Shown here piece by piece: positions 38,940 through 51,800 of a stretch of 64,000 nucleotides of DNA (positions are counted from its first letter, which is position 1; each line of letters opens with the position of its first letter). Made by a program: the position numbers and the translations under genes. The DNA comes from Nageia nagi. Its lineage: Eukaryota > Plantae > Pinophyta. Location: the NCBI GenBank assembly GCA_050084985.1, contig JBITNC010000001.1, positions 174,902,001 to 174,966,000 of the forward strand, read 5' to 3'. The notes beneath the pieces are model-generated. The model ran no database searches and was not told the origin of the DNA. It worked only from the letters and a program-made list of their open reading frames with translations.

Positions 38940-40230
38940 CAATCCTCAAAGAGAGCAAAAGAGTTAAGGAAATCATGAAGTGCATTTGATATGCACTTTT
39001 CTTTGTTTATTTGTTGGTGATTTATCTTCTTCCTAAGAATTCTTTGACCTGGATGGATTGAAAAAGAATCTTGGAAGGTAACGGGTTGCACTATAATGTC
39101 TGATGTGTGGATGGAAAGAGTAGAACTCTAATCGATTTCTTGGTGTATTGCCCATAGGGCACCATATTTATGTAATTCGTTGATGCATCTCTGCTTACAA
39201 AGGATGTAAATAGGTTATGTGATCTTCTAGACCAGTTTGTACAAGAGGTGGGAGTGAAGCATGTTGTTTAGGTGGTCACAAACAATGATGCCAACTATGT
39301 TGCAGCAGAGAAGTTACTTATGGATAGGTATCCCACCATTTCTAGATCTCATGCATTGCTATGACATTGGTCTCATTTTGGAGGATATAGGCAAATTGGA
39401 TTGGGTGAGAGAAGTGGTTGACTAAGCAAGATCAATCACAAATTTCATTTATAACAAAGCCTCCATTCTTAGCATGATGAGGCAATTCACCATGAGTAGG
39501 GAGCTGTTGAGTTTAAGAGTCAACACGGTTTGTCTTCAATTTCATCTCCCTTTAGTGGATTCAAAGGTGCATGCCTGAGCTTTGGACAATGTTTATTTCT
39601 AGAGAGTGATATGCTTCCCTAATGAATAGGAGGCCAAAGGTCACAACAGTGGCTTCTTTGGTAGGGAGGAGTTTTGGGGGGTGGTTAGAGGGATTTGTTC
39701 AATAACTGAGCCACTTGTTGTTATCCTTAGCTTAGTTGATGGAGATAGGCATGTTATGGGCTACTTATATGAGGCAATGGATAGGGTCAAGGAGGCTATC
39801 AGGGCTTGGTATAAGGAGCACACTATGCATGATGATGAGTTTGAGGACAAGATGCCCCAAGCATTGTTGATCAATGATGAAACAACATCCTCCATTGCCC
39901 TATTCATGCAACAGGGGGCTTGTTGAACCTCGACTTCTTATTTGCATTGGTCTCCATGTACATGATTGATCGTGAGGTTTTGAGAGAGGGTTTGTTACAT
40001 GCATATGTAGAATGGTGATTGATCCCAACATATGCAATAGATCCTTATGGAATTTGAAATGTACAAGGATGCAACTAGCTTCTTTTGCTTTGATGCTGCT
40101 AAGGATGCACACAGGGAGCTCTCTCTAGGTTAGAAAACAAAAAATTTCAAATTGTCCATTTTGTTGTTTTTTAATACATTTAGGCTTTTACCAATTTTAA
40201 TTTTTTCTAATTTTATTCATATTTTACAAG
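38940..40230 (+). mobile_element. Decayed hAT transposase fragment (same family as 34990-38910, opposite strand)
   Basis: SWKVTGCTIMSD, VVT.N.ANY, and EPLVVILSLVDGDRHVMGYLYEAMDRVKEAI (39681-39926). Confidence 0.85.
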
Positions 40231-40239
40231 CTTCCACAA

Positions 40240-40560
40240 GGCCTCGAGAATGGGGGAACATGGGAATGTGTTTCTAGGAACAAGGAATGGGGAACGCCAT
40301 TTTTGGGGAATGTCCTAGGAACACTAGGGGAATGATATATAATACTAGTAAAAATTCCCGGAATTTTTAGATTTTTATTTTTATTTTGGAATGGATATAC
40401 AAGTCTTTTTAGGGTTTGGAGGGGTTGAGAACATTGGTGGATCTCATCCCCAATTTATTTTGCATCCTGTTTTTTAAATATTAGAGCAAGTTTATTTATT
40501 TATTTTTTAAAATGGCTGGCTGTCCGCAACCAGGGGTAACAGTTATGGGTGTTCCCTTCA
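40240..40560. mobile_element. MITE-like remnant with GGGAAC repeats
   Basis: Clustered GGGAAC/GGGAAT motifs at 40250-40335 and a reverse GTTCCC at ~40551. Confidence 0.3.
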
Positions 40561-40869
40561 GCTTTTTGCTATTACTCCTTTACACAATTCTTCTTCATCA
40601 AAGATAATATCATGACCAATGGGTATCTTCTTTGTCATTGCATTTTACAGCCTTAACCTTTTGACTCCTCATTGTAATTAGTAAAGATATGATGAATATA
40701 GGTTTTTAGTTTTGATGTATTCACCTTGTGAAAAATATCTAGTTGTCAAGACTACAAACGTGGCTTTTATGGATCTTTTGGTTTCTACCAAATACATCTT
40801 GAACCCTCACAAATGGTGGCTCTATAACCTTTCTTTGATACCAATTCAAGGTTTAATGGTGTTAATTAT

Positions 40870-41100
40870 CATAGCAGCAATAATCTACGATTAATCGTGT
40901 GTTTTGCATTGGGTGATTTTGAAACGAGTAATCACTATCCAACTTCGCAAGTTTTTTTCTTTTTCCAATTTTTTGCGAGTTTTCAGGAAGCTCATGATTG
41001 TTTTGGGAAACCATTTTTGTGTTCCAAAATATTTTTTCCGTCTTTTTTTTCATGTGTTTTTTTGCCGCCTGATGTGTATTCAGCAAATCAGTTAGCTATG
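40870..41100. mobile_element. Possible hAT-type MITE
   Basis: CATAGC...GCTATG termini; TSD poorly conserved. Confidence 0.3.
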
Positions 41101-42812
41101 GTAATATACTAATTACAGCATAAATTTGACAAAGAGTAAAAAGGTCACTAGAGTTCACACATAACAATAAACTTACTACTTGATATCAATATTATCACTA
41201 AAACATATACTACTTCAGTTCTTTATGCAAAAATAATTCACATAAACAGAGGTATGTTGCTGCAGCACATCAATATGTCTTCTTACAATGCAACACTCAG
41301 TTCTTTCTAAAGCATGAGATTTTATTAATTTATTGACATTATATGCCTGAAATATAATAATAGTTAGCTATAGATCACAGAAAAGTACAACACCTAGATA
41401 CTTTAGTACCTCCTACTTTGCATTTGCTTCATGTATGCTTTATTTTTGAAATTACAATTTCAACTGAGTGTAAGCTTCATGATTGCTTTACTTCTAGAGA
41501 TCATGAATCTGAAGCAAATATAAATTGAAATTATGCAATTCTAGAGGATGCTTCTCATTTAATGTTGTAAATTTAGATCTGGAACTGAAAAAACAAATCA
41601 TCTTTAACCTTCTATCTTTGGTGTAGCTAATTGGGTCCTGTTGTGGCTTCCACAACACGCCCCAAATTGTTAGCAAATTTGGGGATCCCCTCAAATTTTG
41701 GCAATCAGGAGTCACCCAACAAAAGTGACCAAGTTGGTGGTGTGTTGAGACCAGGAGGCATTGGAAATCGGAATCGACAGAAAGTGATCAACATTGGACT
41801 TCTGGCAACATGGATCAAGATTGTGACTAAGGCATGACTGAACACATGTCTGTAAAGAGACAACACCCATGTCCCCTCCCAGATGTATGCTAGTCTTTCA
41901 GTGGGTCCGAATGGCCGTTTCGAGTAGCAGAAAGTAAATTTGGCTAAGTTTGGAACACCTCTTGCCTTGGTGCAAGTCGGTAGGAAGACAAACTTCTTGT
42001 CTCATTTTGGATATGCTCTGGACCCAAGCATGCTTCCTTGGTGCAAGTGTGGCCTAAGACATCCCTCATGACTCACCTCGGACTTGCGCCAGCTTCACAA
42101 GGGTTCCAAAAGAAGATTTTGAGCAACAACAATGAAATTTGACTAAGTATGGAGCATGTCTTCCTTGGGCGCATGTCTGGATAGAGACAACTTTCATGTC
42201 TCTTGTAGCACTTGCACCAAGCTTAAGAGCACTTTTTGGGCGCATATCTAAAGCAAGACACCAGTTTTGTCTTCCCTTGGACTTGTGTTGGGCATTCTTG
42301 GCCAATATCCCAGCGTAGATGGACATCAAGACACACCTCATGACCCTTGGAGGATTTGCGCCAAGCCTGCATGTCCATTTCCAGGGCAAGTGCACATCAA
42401 GACAGAGGTGGTGACCTCTCTCGGATTTGTGCCAACCTTCTAGGATCATTAAGGGAGTATTTCGAGCAACTAGAGATGAAATTGGCGAAGTGTTGAGCAT
42501 CCTCCCTTTGGGCGCATGTTGGGAAGAGGACAACCTCCATGACCCCCTTCTTATCTGCGTTGGGCTCACACCCCTCATCCCTGGCGCAAATGCAGCAGGA
42601 GACGACATGCTTGTCTCCTCCCATACATGTGTTGGCCCTGTCTCTCCTCACCCTAGCGCAAATCCAGACCAAGACACCCCCCTTGACTCCTAGAACACTT
42701 GCACCAGCCTTCCAAGAGCCAATTGACCTTGAATGCCATGGCAAAATGCCTAGAAAACCACACCCATCTCTGAAGGCACACATCCCTAGGCACTTGAAGT
42801 CGTTGTCTTAGA

Positions 42813-42841
42813 AAAACCCTAGAAATATCTATAAAAGGGGG
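42813..42841 (+). promoter_or_regulatory. Telo-box + TATA box upstream of the LTR-encoded ORF
   Basis: AAACCCTA followed by CTATAAAAGGGG, then a pyrimidine-rich leader; TATA conserved at ~56199-56210 in the 3' LTR. Confidence 0.65.
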
Positions 42842-42988
42842 CAAACCAGCCTTCATCTTTGCATGACAACATTGCTCTCTTCTTGTGAACTCACTTGAGC
42901 ATTGAAACTAAGACCCCTAGAAACTATTCCGAAGGCAAGCCAAAGAATTCCTCATCTCCTTTTGCTAAGACACCCGATTCCACATCCA

Positions 42989-43516
42989 ATGGCAAAGATG
43001 AATTCTAAAACACAGGGGTGAGAGATCAAGTTGAAGGAGGCAATGACCATTGATGAGGCCCTAGCAAAGACAAAGCTTACCTTTGATCTTGCAGCTTCAA
43101 TGAGGGCATTGCATGAGGATCCCAACCAGAGGGTGAAGGATGAGTCCACGGAGACTCACCATGTGAGTCGGTTTGTCTTCAAGGTCAACAACATGTTGTC
43201 CGTGACTAGAGTCTTCTTGAACAAGGACTCGAAGAAATCCCAAGATGTGGAGGCTCAGACATTGAAGACTGAAATTGGCAAGGTCAAGACCATTGGAGCA
43301 GAGTGGATTAGGGACATTGCCATGATGGCCAAGAAACTGGAAGTGAGCTAGAGGAAGATTGGCCCTGAAGAGGAAATCATACTCCTTTAGCCATGCCGTT
43401 CACAGGAAGAGGAGACCACTCAGGGACAAGCATGCCTAGAACCAGCAGGTGGGGATGACTCCAAGGCAGGTGCCATGAGTGGAGAAACAACTGATGGACT
43501 CATGAATGCCATTTGA
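42989..43516 (+). pseudogene. LTR-encoded ~175-aa ORF of unknown function (copy 1, three in-frame stops)
   Basis: ATG 42989 to TGA 43514-43516 in one frame: MAKMNSKTQG*EIKLKEAMTIDEAL...KKLEVS*RKIGPEEEIILL*PC...GLMNAI*. Confidence 0.7.
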
Positions 43517-43713
43517 CGGAAGCCATCCTACATGCAATATTTTAATTTTAATTTTATTTTTTCATAATTCAGTATTTTAGACCTCAAATTTTATAAATTT
43601 TGTTAAAGCCTTGTGATGGATGAGGATTTACTCCCACAAGTGGACTTAATTTGGTGGTGCCACATGGCACATTTTTGATTGAATTGATGATATTTTAATA
43701 ATTTTATACTAAT

Positions 43714-43762
43714 TAGGGTTAGGGAAACACTTAGGGTTGCCTTGCAAAACTATAAGTAGCTC
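43714..43762 (+). promoter_or_regulatory. Second (canonical LTR) promoter: reverse telo-boxes + TATA
   Basis: TAGGGTTAGGG...TAGGGTT then CTATAAGTA; the 3' LTR copy reads TTATAAATA at ~57079. Confidence 0.55.
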
Positions 43763-44706
43763 TAAAGGGCTCATTTGTGTGAGAGAGGAATTTTTGAGAA
43801 TGGAACTCTGAACATTTTGCAACTAGACGAGTAGAGTAATTCTTTCTATCTTATACTTGTCTGTTGTGAATGTGGCATGATCTTTGAAATGAAAATTGTA
43901 CAACTCCATTTTATGGTATTATGAACTTGGACATGTGATGTTGGTCATTGATGTGTGTTGCTTGAGATACTTGAAACATTTCACAAACTCCTTGAGGGGT
44001 AGGTGAAAGAGTAGTTGAATATCTTTCGAAGTGTTGAATGTGATGCATAGTTGATGATTGTTCATAATATGCAGCCAGGCTTGTATAACTTTGAAAGTGG
44101 GTTCCTTTATGACGTTTAGCATGTGAACTTCATCCACATTAAAAATGTCATCCTTGTCCCCTTAGACGCATGCTTCCTTCGGTAGACCATTCGTGTGTTT
44201 GGCTACTGCAAGTGGATGAATCCTTCTTCTAGACCCTTCGTGTAGTCTGGCTAGAATGAAAGGATGTGTGGAACTCATAAGAAACCTGAAGGAACTTGGT
44301 TTTAGACACTGTACTTGTTAGTGGAGCTTGATGCAAAGAGCTGAACTCGTATGCCTTTAGCCATTTTCAATCTCCTCTCCTGTTTTTCTTTTATTTTAAA
44401 TTTTTTTCTGCAGCTTTCGCACCCCCAATTTTATTTAACTTGTTTGAGAAACAACCCTTACCTAGATGCGAAGGCAATCCAAGTCCTTGATTAACAAATT
44501 TTATTTGAGTTGTTGTCAGCTTCAAACATCTCAACCAGTCTCTTGAGTCAATTCTTGCACACCCATTTCACTTGACCTTTGAGGTAACCAATCCTCATAG
44601 TGGGTAGGGGTAACACCCTTCCACCTTCATGTTGGTTTCTTTCATAAGCCTAGCAAGCCAATTTGCCTATTCGTAGGGTAGGAAAGAAAAATGGCCCAAC
44701 ATAAAT

Positions 44707-44724
44707 TGGTGCTAGAAGGAGGGC
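44707..44724 (+). other. Primer-binding site, tRNA-Asn type
   Basis: TGGTGCTAGAAGGAGGGC starts 5 nt after the LTR. It matches the complement of the plant tRNA-Asn 3' end as recalled (..GCCCTCCTTCTAGCGCCA) with one C>T. Confidence 0.7.
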
Positions 44725-44910
44725 TGAACTGTCTTTTTTTTTTTTATTAAGGGTTGTTTCTCATTTGTTTTCTTTTTCACTTGCGTCCTTAAGCACATGC
44801 ATACATCAAACAAGGGTCCAAGCCTTTTTCACTAGGATACCCCAAGCATACACTTTGAGTCTTGGAGACATATCTTTTGATGGTTTCTACAACCGTCGTA
44901 TTGTATAGTC

Positions 44911-46419
44911 ATGGCAATAACGCCATGGTGGTTGGCAAGTATACCATGGAACTCTCAAGGACAACCATATGCTTCGCCCACATATATACCACCTCACATA
45001 AGTTGGCAGGCATATCTGAATTCAACCCTGCAATAGTCTCAAATAGGAGTGATCACCAATTTGAATTCAGTCATACAACAACTACTGGTTCAAGGCTTGA
45101 ATGTCAATCATCAAACATGGCCAATACAACCAATGTGTCAAATCCAATTCGACACATGGATCGCACAAGCAGTCAGGTTGCCACAATACAATCGACTCAT
45201 CCCATCCCCAAATACCCTGAAAATATTTCTAGCTTACCCAGTACTCCTAGATCCAATATCTCCGAATGCTCTACAGGAAAACCATGGAAAATGTGTTATG
45301 ACATGGAGCAACATAGGCAAAACAAAGAATTGGATCAGCTAGAAGATGCCTTGAGGAGATGGAGAATGATCCAGAGCAAATGATGGACAGAAGACCTCAA
45401 CAGGGTTTCCATATACCTCCTCCTTGGCTTGCTCCAAACCAAGCGACATGTAAGAAGGATATTTCCCAAGAGACAAAGCAGCCCTTTCAATGTCATATGC
45501 GACACGGGTCGACACAAGAACGTTCGAGCCATCATGAAGAAGAAGTTGCCCAAGTGGAGAAGGTAGAGCACCAAATATACATTCTGGCCTTATGCCTTCA
45601 AGGAAGAGTGTTCCGAGATTGCATAATAGATACCCACCATGATGGCAATGTAATAATGAGTGCGGCTTGTTATGAGGCAAGATTTGTCCCTCTGACTGAA
45701 GATGAACATGAAGATGATGAATCAGTCATAGTGGGATGCCTAAAGGGTGCTTGTGTGCAAATTGTTGGATCAAAAGAGCAATACTCCTTAGACTTCACCA
45801 TAATCAACTTTCTCGGGAGTACATGTCTAGGCCCGATCCAACTTGGTAGAAGGTGGGTAGATGTTGTAATTGGTTCTGACTCTCCAAGCTCCCATTTGTA
45901 CAAAGATGATGAAGAGAATGTTAGTGGTTGTCCCTATGAGGGAGATCAAAGGGCAACAGAACCTACGCACAAAGACACATCAGATGCGGACTTTGCCTTT
46001 GAGTATTTCTTTGATGATCAGCTAGACCAGATAGGGGAGGAGAAAAACCACAATGATGGAGCCAAGGATGAGTACCCCAAAGACCACTTCCCACCCATGG
46101 TATCAGGACCAGAAGAACCACTTGACCTAGAAGATGAAGAAGAGATGGCTTAGGAAGCTCAGGAGCATGAATTTACAACATTCGTGTGCCTCAAGGATAG
46201 AAAGTTTACCAATTGTATGGTAAGCTCCAGAATGGACTTCAACGTGATGACATACGAAGCTTGCAAGGATGTTGGATTTGTCCCATCAGTACCGAATGAG
46301 GAGGACCCCATATGTGTTGATAGTGCATTTCTGATGTTGGGTGTGCTAAAGAATTGTCATCTTAATAGTTTGTGGAAATATGGGTGCTTGATGTTCCAAG
46401 TGTCACCTCTGTCATGTTT
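44911..46419 (+). pseudogene. Internal ORF of the large element, 5' part: acidic protein with two retropepsin-like repeats
   Basis: ORFs 45049-45342, 45359-46153 and 46184- (in frame with 45359 across one TAG) contain a repeated CL..R.F..C......D.NV....AC....FVP motif and LGRRW. Confidence 0.65.
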
Positions 46420-46830
46420 TGTAGAATCCCAAATACAAATTCAAGTGCAATTAAATCAAAACATACAAGTTTGCAACAACATCTGACCTAGGGCATCTAG
46501 ATAAAGCTCCAATAGTGCAATAATGTCAACGTCTGGCCTAGAATAGCAGATACAAGTATTCAACACCTCACAATGCCAACGTCTGGCTCATACAATCATG
46601 CATATGCAAAAGTAATCCAATGATGCCAATACCTAAGTATACGCAACATAATAATGAGATCCAATAGTCCATGACTTGTATTAATGGTACATAATGAACA
46701 ATGATACAATATCAAGACCATAGGGCTCAATGTTGGCCTTCAAGGAGCCAACTAGGGCACAACGAATATGATCAATGTTGGATGGACGGAAAATTGAATG
46801 GGACAACCTCACTCCCTTAGAATTTGAATT

Positions 46831-48001
46831 TATGACATCCCCCTTGCATTATTGTATTAAATTATGGAATTCTAGGAATTCTCCATTGTAACATTTTATT
46901 ATTATGTTATGTTTTAAGTTAGGACTTGGGATAGAAGACTTAATGGGTTAATGGACCCCACTATGAGCCCCAAGTGGGACGTCTCCCTCCCAAGCATAAA
47001 TTAAGTGTTTAATTGTACTTGGAGATCTCGATCATGATTGTGGAAATCCCAAGGTCTGTTTAGCACTTAGATGGATGGATGAGCACTTGTACACGTGCTA
47101 GCCTTGGAGAGACTCCTAGACCCCCATGTTGGCCTATGATGACACCCAACCCCCACACATGGCTCCTAGACCCACGTTAGGCATGCGTGGCACTCTAGAC
47201 TCCCACGTTGGCATTTATGGTATTCCAGGCCCCCATGTTGGCATGCTTGACCCCTAGGCATCCACGTTGGGCATTTTGGGCCCCCTAGGAGGCTAACGTT
47301 GGATTAGAAGAGCTGGTAATGATTCCTAAGTGAGATCCAGATCCAGTAAAATGTTTTAAAAAGGCATTGGAGCCTCATAGTTGGACATGCTTGATTACAC
47401 TTGATATCGTCCAGAGGACAAGAAGTCTTAGCGGCTAAGCAAACCCTTAGGTGTAGCATCTAGGAGGATTAATAGGTTGAGGGATCCTGTTAGTCTATGA
47501 CATTGGTGTAGCACTCTTGCCCATCCAATGGTATTCTGAGGTTGCGCATCTACCATTTAGTTGGTCGCCAGGATTAGAGGAGGGCTCCTTCGGTGGAGAG
47601 GATTCAAGTTTTGAGGGAGCAAGATTGTCCCATTTGTTTGTTCAGTTTGAGGATACACCTTGTGCCCTAGTTGGCTCCATTTATGCCAATGTTAGCCCTA
47701 TAGGGCTTGGTATTGTATTGTTGATCATCATTCATCTTATATACAACCGTTGGGCATTGGATCTTATATTTGTATTGTGCACTTGTCCATTATTGCAACA
47801 TTGAGGTATAATTGTCCTTTGATGCATGTATGAGCCAGACGTTGGCATTTTTGTGTTGTGTTAATGTGTAATTGATGTTGTAGCCCTAACGCTGGCATTG
47901 TGAGGGTTTGAATACTTGCAATTGCACTTCTAGGCCAAACGTTGGTATTTACTTGGTTGAAATTGCTAATATGCACTTGAGAAATTATTTGGATCTTTAC
48001 A
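46831..48001 (+). mobile_element. Solo LTR of a related chromovirus subfamily inserted inverted into the 3' LTR
   Basis: Reverse complement of the host LTR sequence (TATGACATCCCCC...CTTTACA). Flanks GAATT/AAATC correspond to the empty site GAATC in the intact LTR (~52660). Confidence 0.85.
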
Positions 48002-48832
48002 AAATCCTCTACACTAAAGGAGCTTTCTCCAAACTGGCAACCAATTGAATGGTAGGAATGTGACTTCAGAATGCCACCGGATGGACTAAGATGCTACACC
48101 TCAGCTGTAGATCAACATGATCCCTCAGCCTACTCCTAGATGTTGCACCTAGGGATGTGCTTGACGCTGCGCCAAGACTCTTGTCCTTTGGACGATATGA
48201 GTAGTAATAATAAATTTGTATATTCGACAATGGTGCACCAAGGCTTAATATAGCTCAACTGGGTCTCGATCTCATCTCAAAGTCATCACCCAGCCCTCCA
48301 AACCCCAACAATGGCACCTACGGGTCATTCCAGGCCCAACATGGGTATTTGGGCCTCACTTATGCTCCATGTGGGTCCTCAAGCTCAACATGGGCTTAAG
48401 AGGTCATGCATGGGTCAAGGAGGCATGAGTGGGCACCTAGGAGGCATGTGTGCATGTCATGGGCCAACGTGGGGGTCTAGGAGTCTCCCTAAGGTTAGAG
48501 CATGTGTACAAGTGCTCCCAATCTCAACGTTGGGGCCATTAGGTGACTATCCATGTTCTAAGCAATAATAAGCCTTGGGATTCCCACAATCACATTTCGG
48601 GATCTCCAAGTACATTAAATCATACTAAACTACACTTGGGAGGGAGACGTCCCACTTGGGGTTCACAGTGGGGTCCAATGGCCCATTATGTCTTCTATCC
48701 CAAGTACTAACTAATAGAGCACAATTAAATGATTAATTATACAAAGGGGGAATTCGTTGGATTCCAGAATTAATTACAATTATCCAAGGGGGACGTCACA
48801 AAGCCTCCCCTCTCTAAATTGCTTGCCCTCAA

Positions 48833-51800
48833 TCAATTCAATGTTGGATGTGCAAGTATCTTTGCTCCTTCCCATGTTGAGTTTTCATCAAGCAAGTCCT
48901 TCCATTTGATCAGGTATTCCTGAATCTGTCTTGATCTCAGCTTCTTCACTCGAGTCTCCAACACCTTCTTTGGAATGAAAACTAGTTGTCGCTTATCATC
49001 AGGAAGTGGGAGTGTGGTGGATGAAACATCCTGCTGTTCCACGACCTTCTTCAGGAGTGATACATGGAAGTTGTTGTGGATCTTGCTCTCCTTGGGAATC
49101 TCCAACTCATAAGCAGTCTCTCCCACCTTGCGCATGATTTAATATGGCCCAAAGAATCTAGGTTGTAGCTTCTCTGCTCTCTTCTTCTTGAGAATGGATT
49201 GTTAGAATGGTTAAAATCTCAAGTACACCATTTCCCCTACTTCAAAGGTCCTCTTCTAATCATAGTACTTCTTTTGTCAATTTTGGGCCATCTTCAGATT
49301 CTCCTTCAAAGCTCTTATGATGTTATGATATTCCTGCAAGAAGTCTTTAGCTTTTGGGACCTTTCCTTCATCAAAAATCAAGTTTGTAAAGTTAGGAAGA
49401 TCATAACTATACAAATCTTTGAAAGGAGACATTTTTATAGATAAATGATAAGTGGAATTGTAGCAATACTCCCCAACGTGGAGCCATTTGACCCATGTTT
49501 GCTGTTGGCCTGTCACATAGTGTCTCAAGTACCCCTCCACCCATCTACTCACAATTTCTGTTTGCCCCTTTGTTTGGGGGTGGTAGCTAGTGGTTGGGGT
49601 TAGATTAGTGCCACTCAATTGGAACAACTCTTGCCAAAACATGCTCATGAACTTGTTGTCTTTGTCACTCACAATCCTCTTTGGTAACCCATGTAATTTG
49701 AAGACCTCCTAGAAGAATAATTCAGCCAACTGTGCTGCTGTATAGGTGATAGTAATGGCAAAGAAATGGGCAAATTTAGTGAGCCTATCTACTACCACAA
49801 AGATATTCTTTACCTTGCACCTTAGGAAGTCCTGTGATAAAATCCATGGAGATGTCTTCCCATTTCGATTGTGGAATGTGTAATGGCTGAAGTAACTCTG
49901 CTGGTTTCACATTCTCCTTTTTGTTTTCTTGGCACTATACACACTCCCGAATGTGCCTCAAAATGTCTTGCTTCAACCCTTTCCATGTGAACCTCTCCTT
50001 TATTGCCTTATATGTCTTTGTGATGCCTAGATGACCTGCAAGAGGGATATTATGCAAAGCATGGAGCACCTTCTCCTTCATTTCAGCGTTAGGGGTCAAG
50101 AATATTCTATTTCTCTTCAAAATCAGTCCTTCCCTAACCGTGTACCTTTTGTTCCTCACAGTCCTATCTAAGATGCCTTGAGCAAATTCATCATTAGTGT
50201 ATTCAACCATTATAGTCCTTTTCCAATCAGCAGTGATAGAGGAAAGAGACTAAAAGGATGAGTTTCTAGATAATGCATTACCAGCTGTTTTTTTCATTCC
50301 TTTAATATACTGAATCTCAAAATCAAAGGATTGAGTTTTATTTACCCACCTTTGTTGTTTCTCACTCAAATCTGATTGGCTGAGAAAGTATTTCAAGCTA
50401 TTGTGGTCACTCTTGATGATAAATAGCCCACAAACTAGATACTGCTTGAACCTCTCCAACACATGCATGATGGCCAACATCTCCTTGTCATACACGCTGA
50501 AATTCTGTTCTGCACTTGTCAATTTCCTGCTCTCAAATGCTATCGGCTGCCCTTTTTGCATGAGTACATCTCCAACACCATGCTTAGATGCATCACACTC
50601 AACAGTAAAAGGGACTGAAAAATCAAAGATATCCAAGCAAGGACAAGAACACATAACCTTCTTTAGTGTCTCAAAGGCCTCTTGAGCACTCTCACCCCAA
50701 ACGAATGCATCCTTCTTGGTCAACTACGTTAGGGGGGAAGCCAAGTGTGAGAAACCACGTATGAACCTCTTGTAGTAATTGCATAATCCCAAAAACCCTC
50801 TCAGCTGCGTCAAGGTAGTACGCACTGGCCAATCTTGGATAGTTTCAATCTTCTGCTCATCCACCCTAAATCCCTCAGGGCTGATTACACGACCAAGATA
50901 CAAGATTTCAGTCATGTGAAACTCGCATTTGGACTACTTGGCATAGAATTTCTGTTCTTGCAACGCGCTCAAAACGTGTTCTAAGTGGTGGAGGTGCTCC
51001 TTCCACGTTTTGCTATACACCAATATATCATCAAAGAAGACTAGTACAAACTTACTAAGCTGCTCCTTGAAAACTTGATTCATGGCTGATTGGAAGGTGG
51101 CTGGTGAATTTGTCAATTAGAATGGCATCACCAAAAACTCAAAGTGACCATAATGGCATCTAAATGCCGTCTTGTGGATATCCTACTCCTTCATCCTTAT
51201 TTGATGATATCCGAATCTCAAATCAATTTTCGAAAAGTACCTAGCACCATGCAATTCATCAATGAGATCGTCCACTCTAGGAATGGGATACCTGTTCTTG
51301 ATGGTTTTCTTGTTGAGTAGGCGGTAGTCAATGCACATTCTCATGGTCCCGTCCTCCTTGCCCAGCACAACTAAAGAGGCGAAGGGACTAGAGCTTGGCC
51401 GTATGAACCCCATGTCTAACAGCTCCTTGATGGTCTTCTTGATCTCATCCTTGTAGACTTTTGGATGCCAGTAGGGAGTAATCATTATTGGCTTAGCTCT
51501 AGACTCCAACTCAATGGTGAGCTCAAAGCCTCTAGAGGGCGGCAGCCCTTTCGGCATATCCCCCAAAACGTCCAGGTATCGATCCAAGATGCGTTGGACC
51601 TTAGTTGGATGCTCCTTAGCCTCCCCAGAATGCAATGTGGGACCTCCCTTGGCCAGAGTGAAAATGCAGCCCCACTCTATCTTCTCCTTCTCGACAATGG
51701 AACTCAGCTTCTTGGCCGATACAATTTGAGTAATGGCCTCCAATATGCTATGGGCGGCTCTCGATATGAGTGATAACTTCCGCTCACCCCTCTTCTTTAG

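Larger units (their letters stand above)
41639..44701 (+). repeat. 5' LTR (3.06 kb)
   Basis: Starts TGTTGTGGCTTCC, ends GGCCCAACA; direct repeat of 55031-58039. Confidence 0.93.

Noticed and set aside
42066-42856. Several overlapping ORFs (up to 180 aa) in the GC-richer U3 repeats
   Set aside because: They occur on both strands in repetitive sequence, lack promoter context, and their extents are not preserved in the second LTR; likely chance frames.
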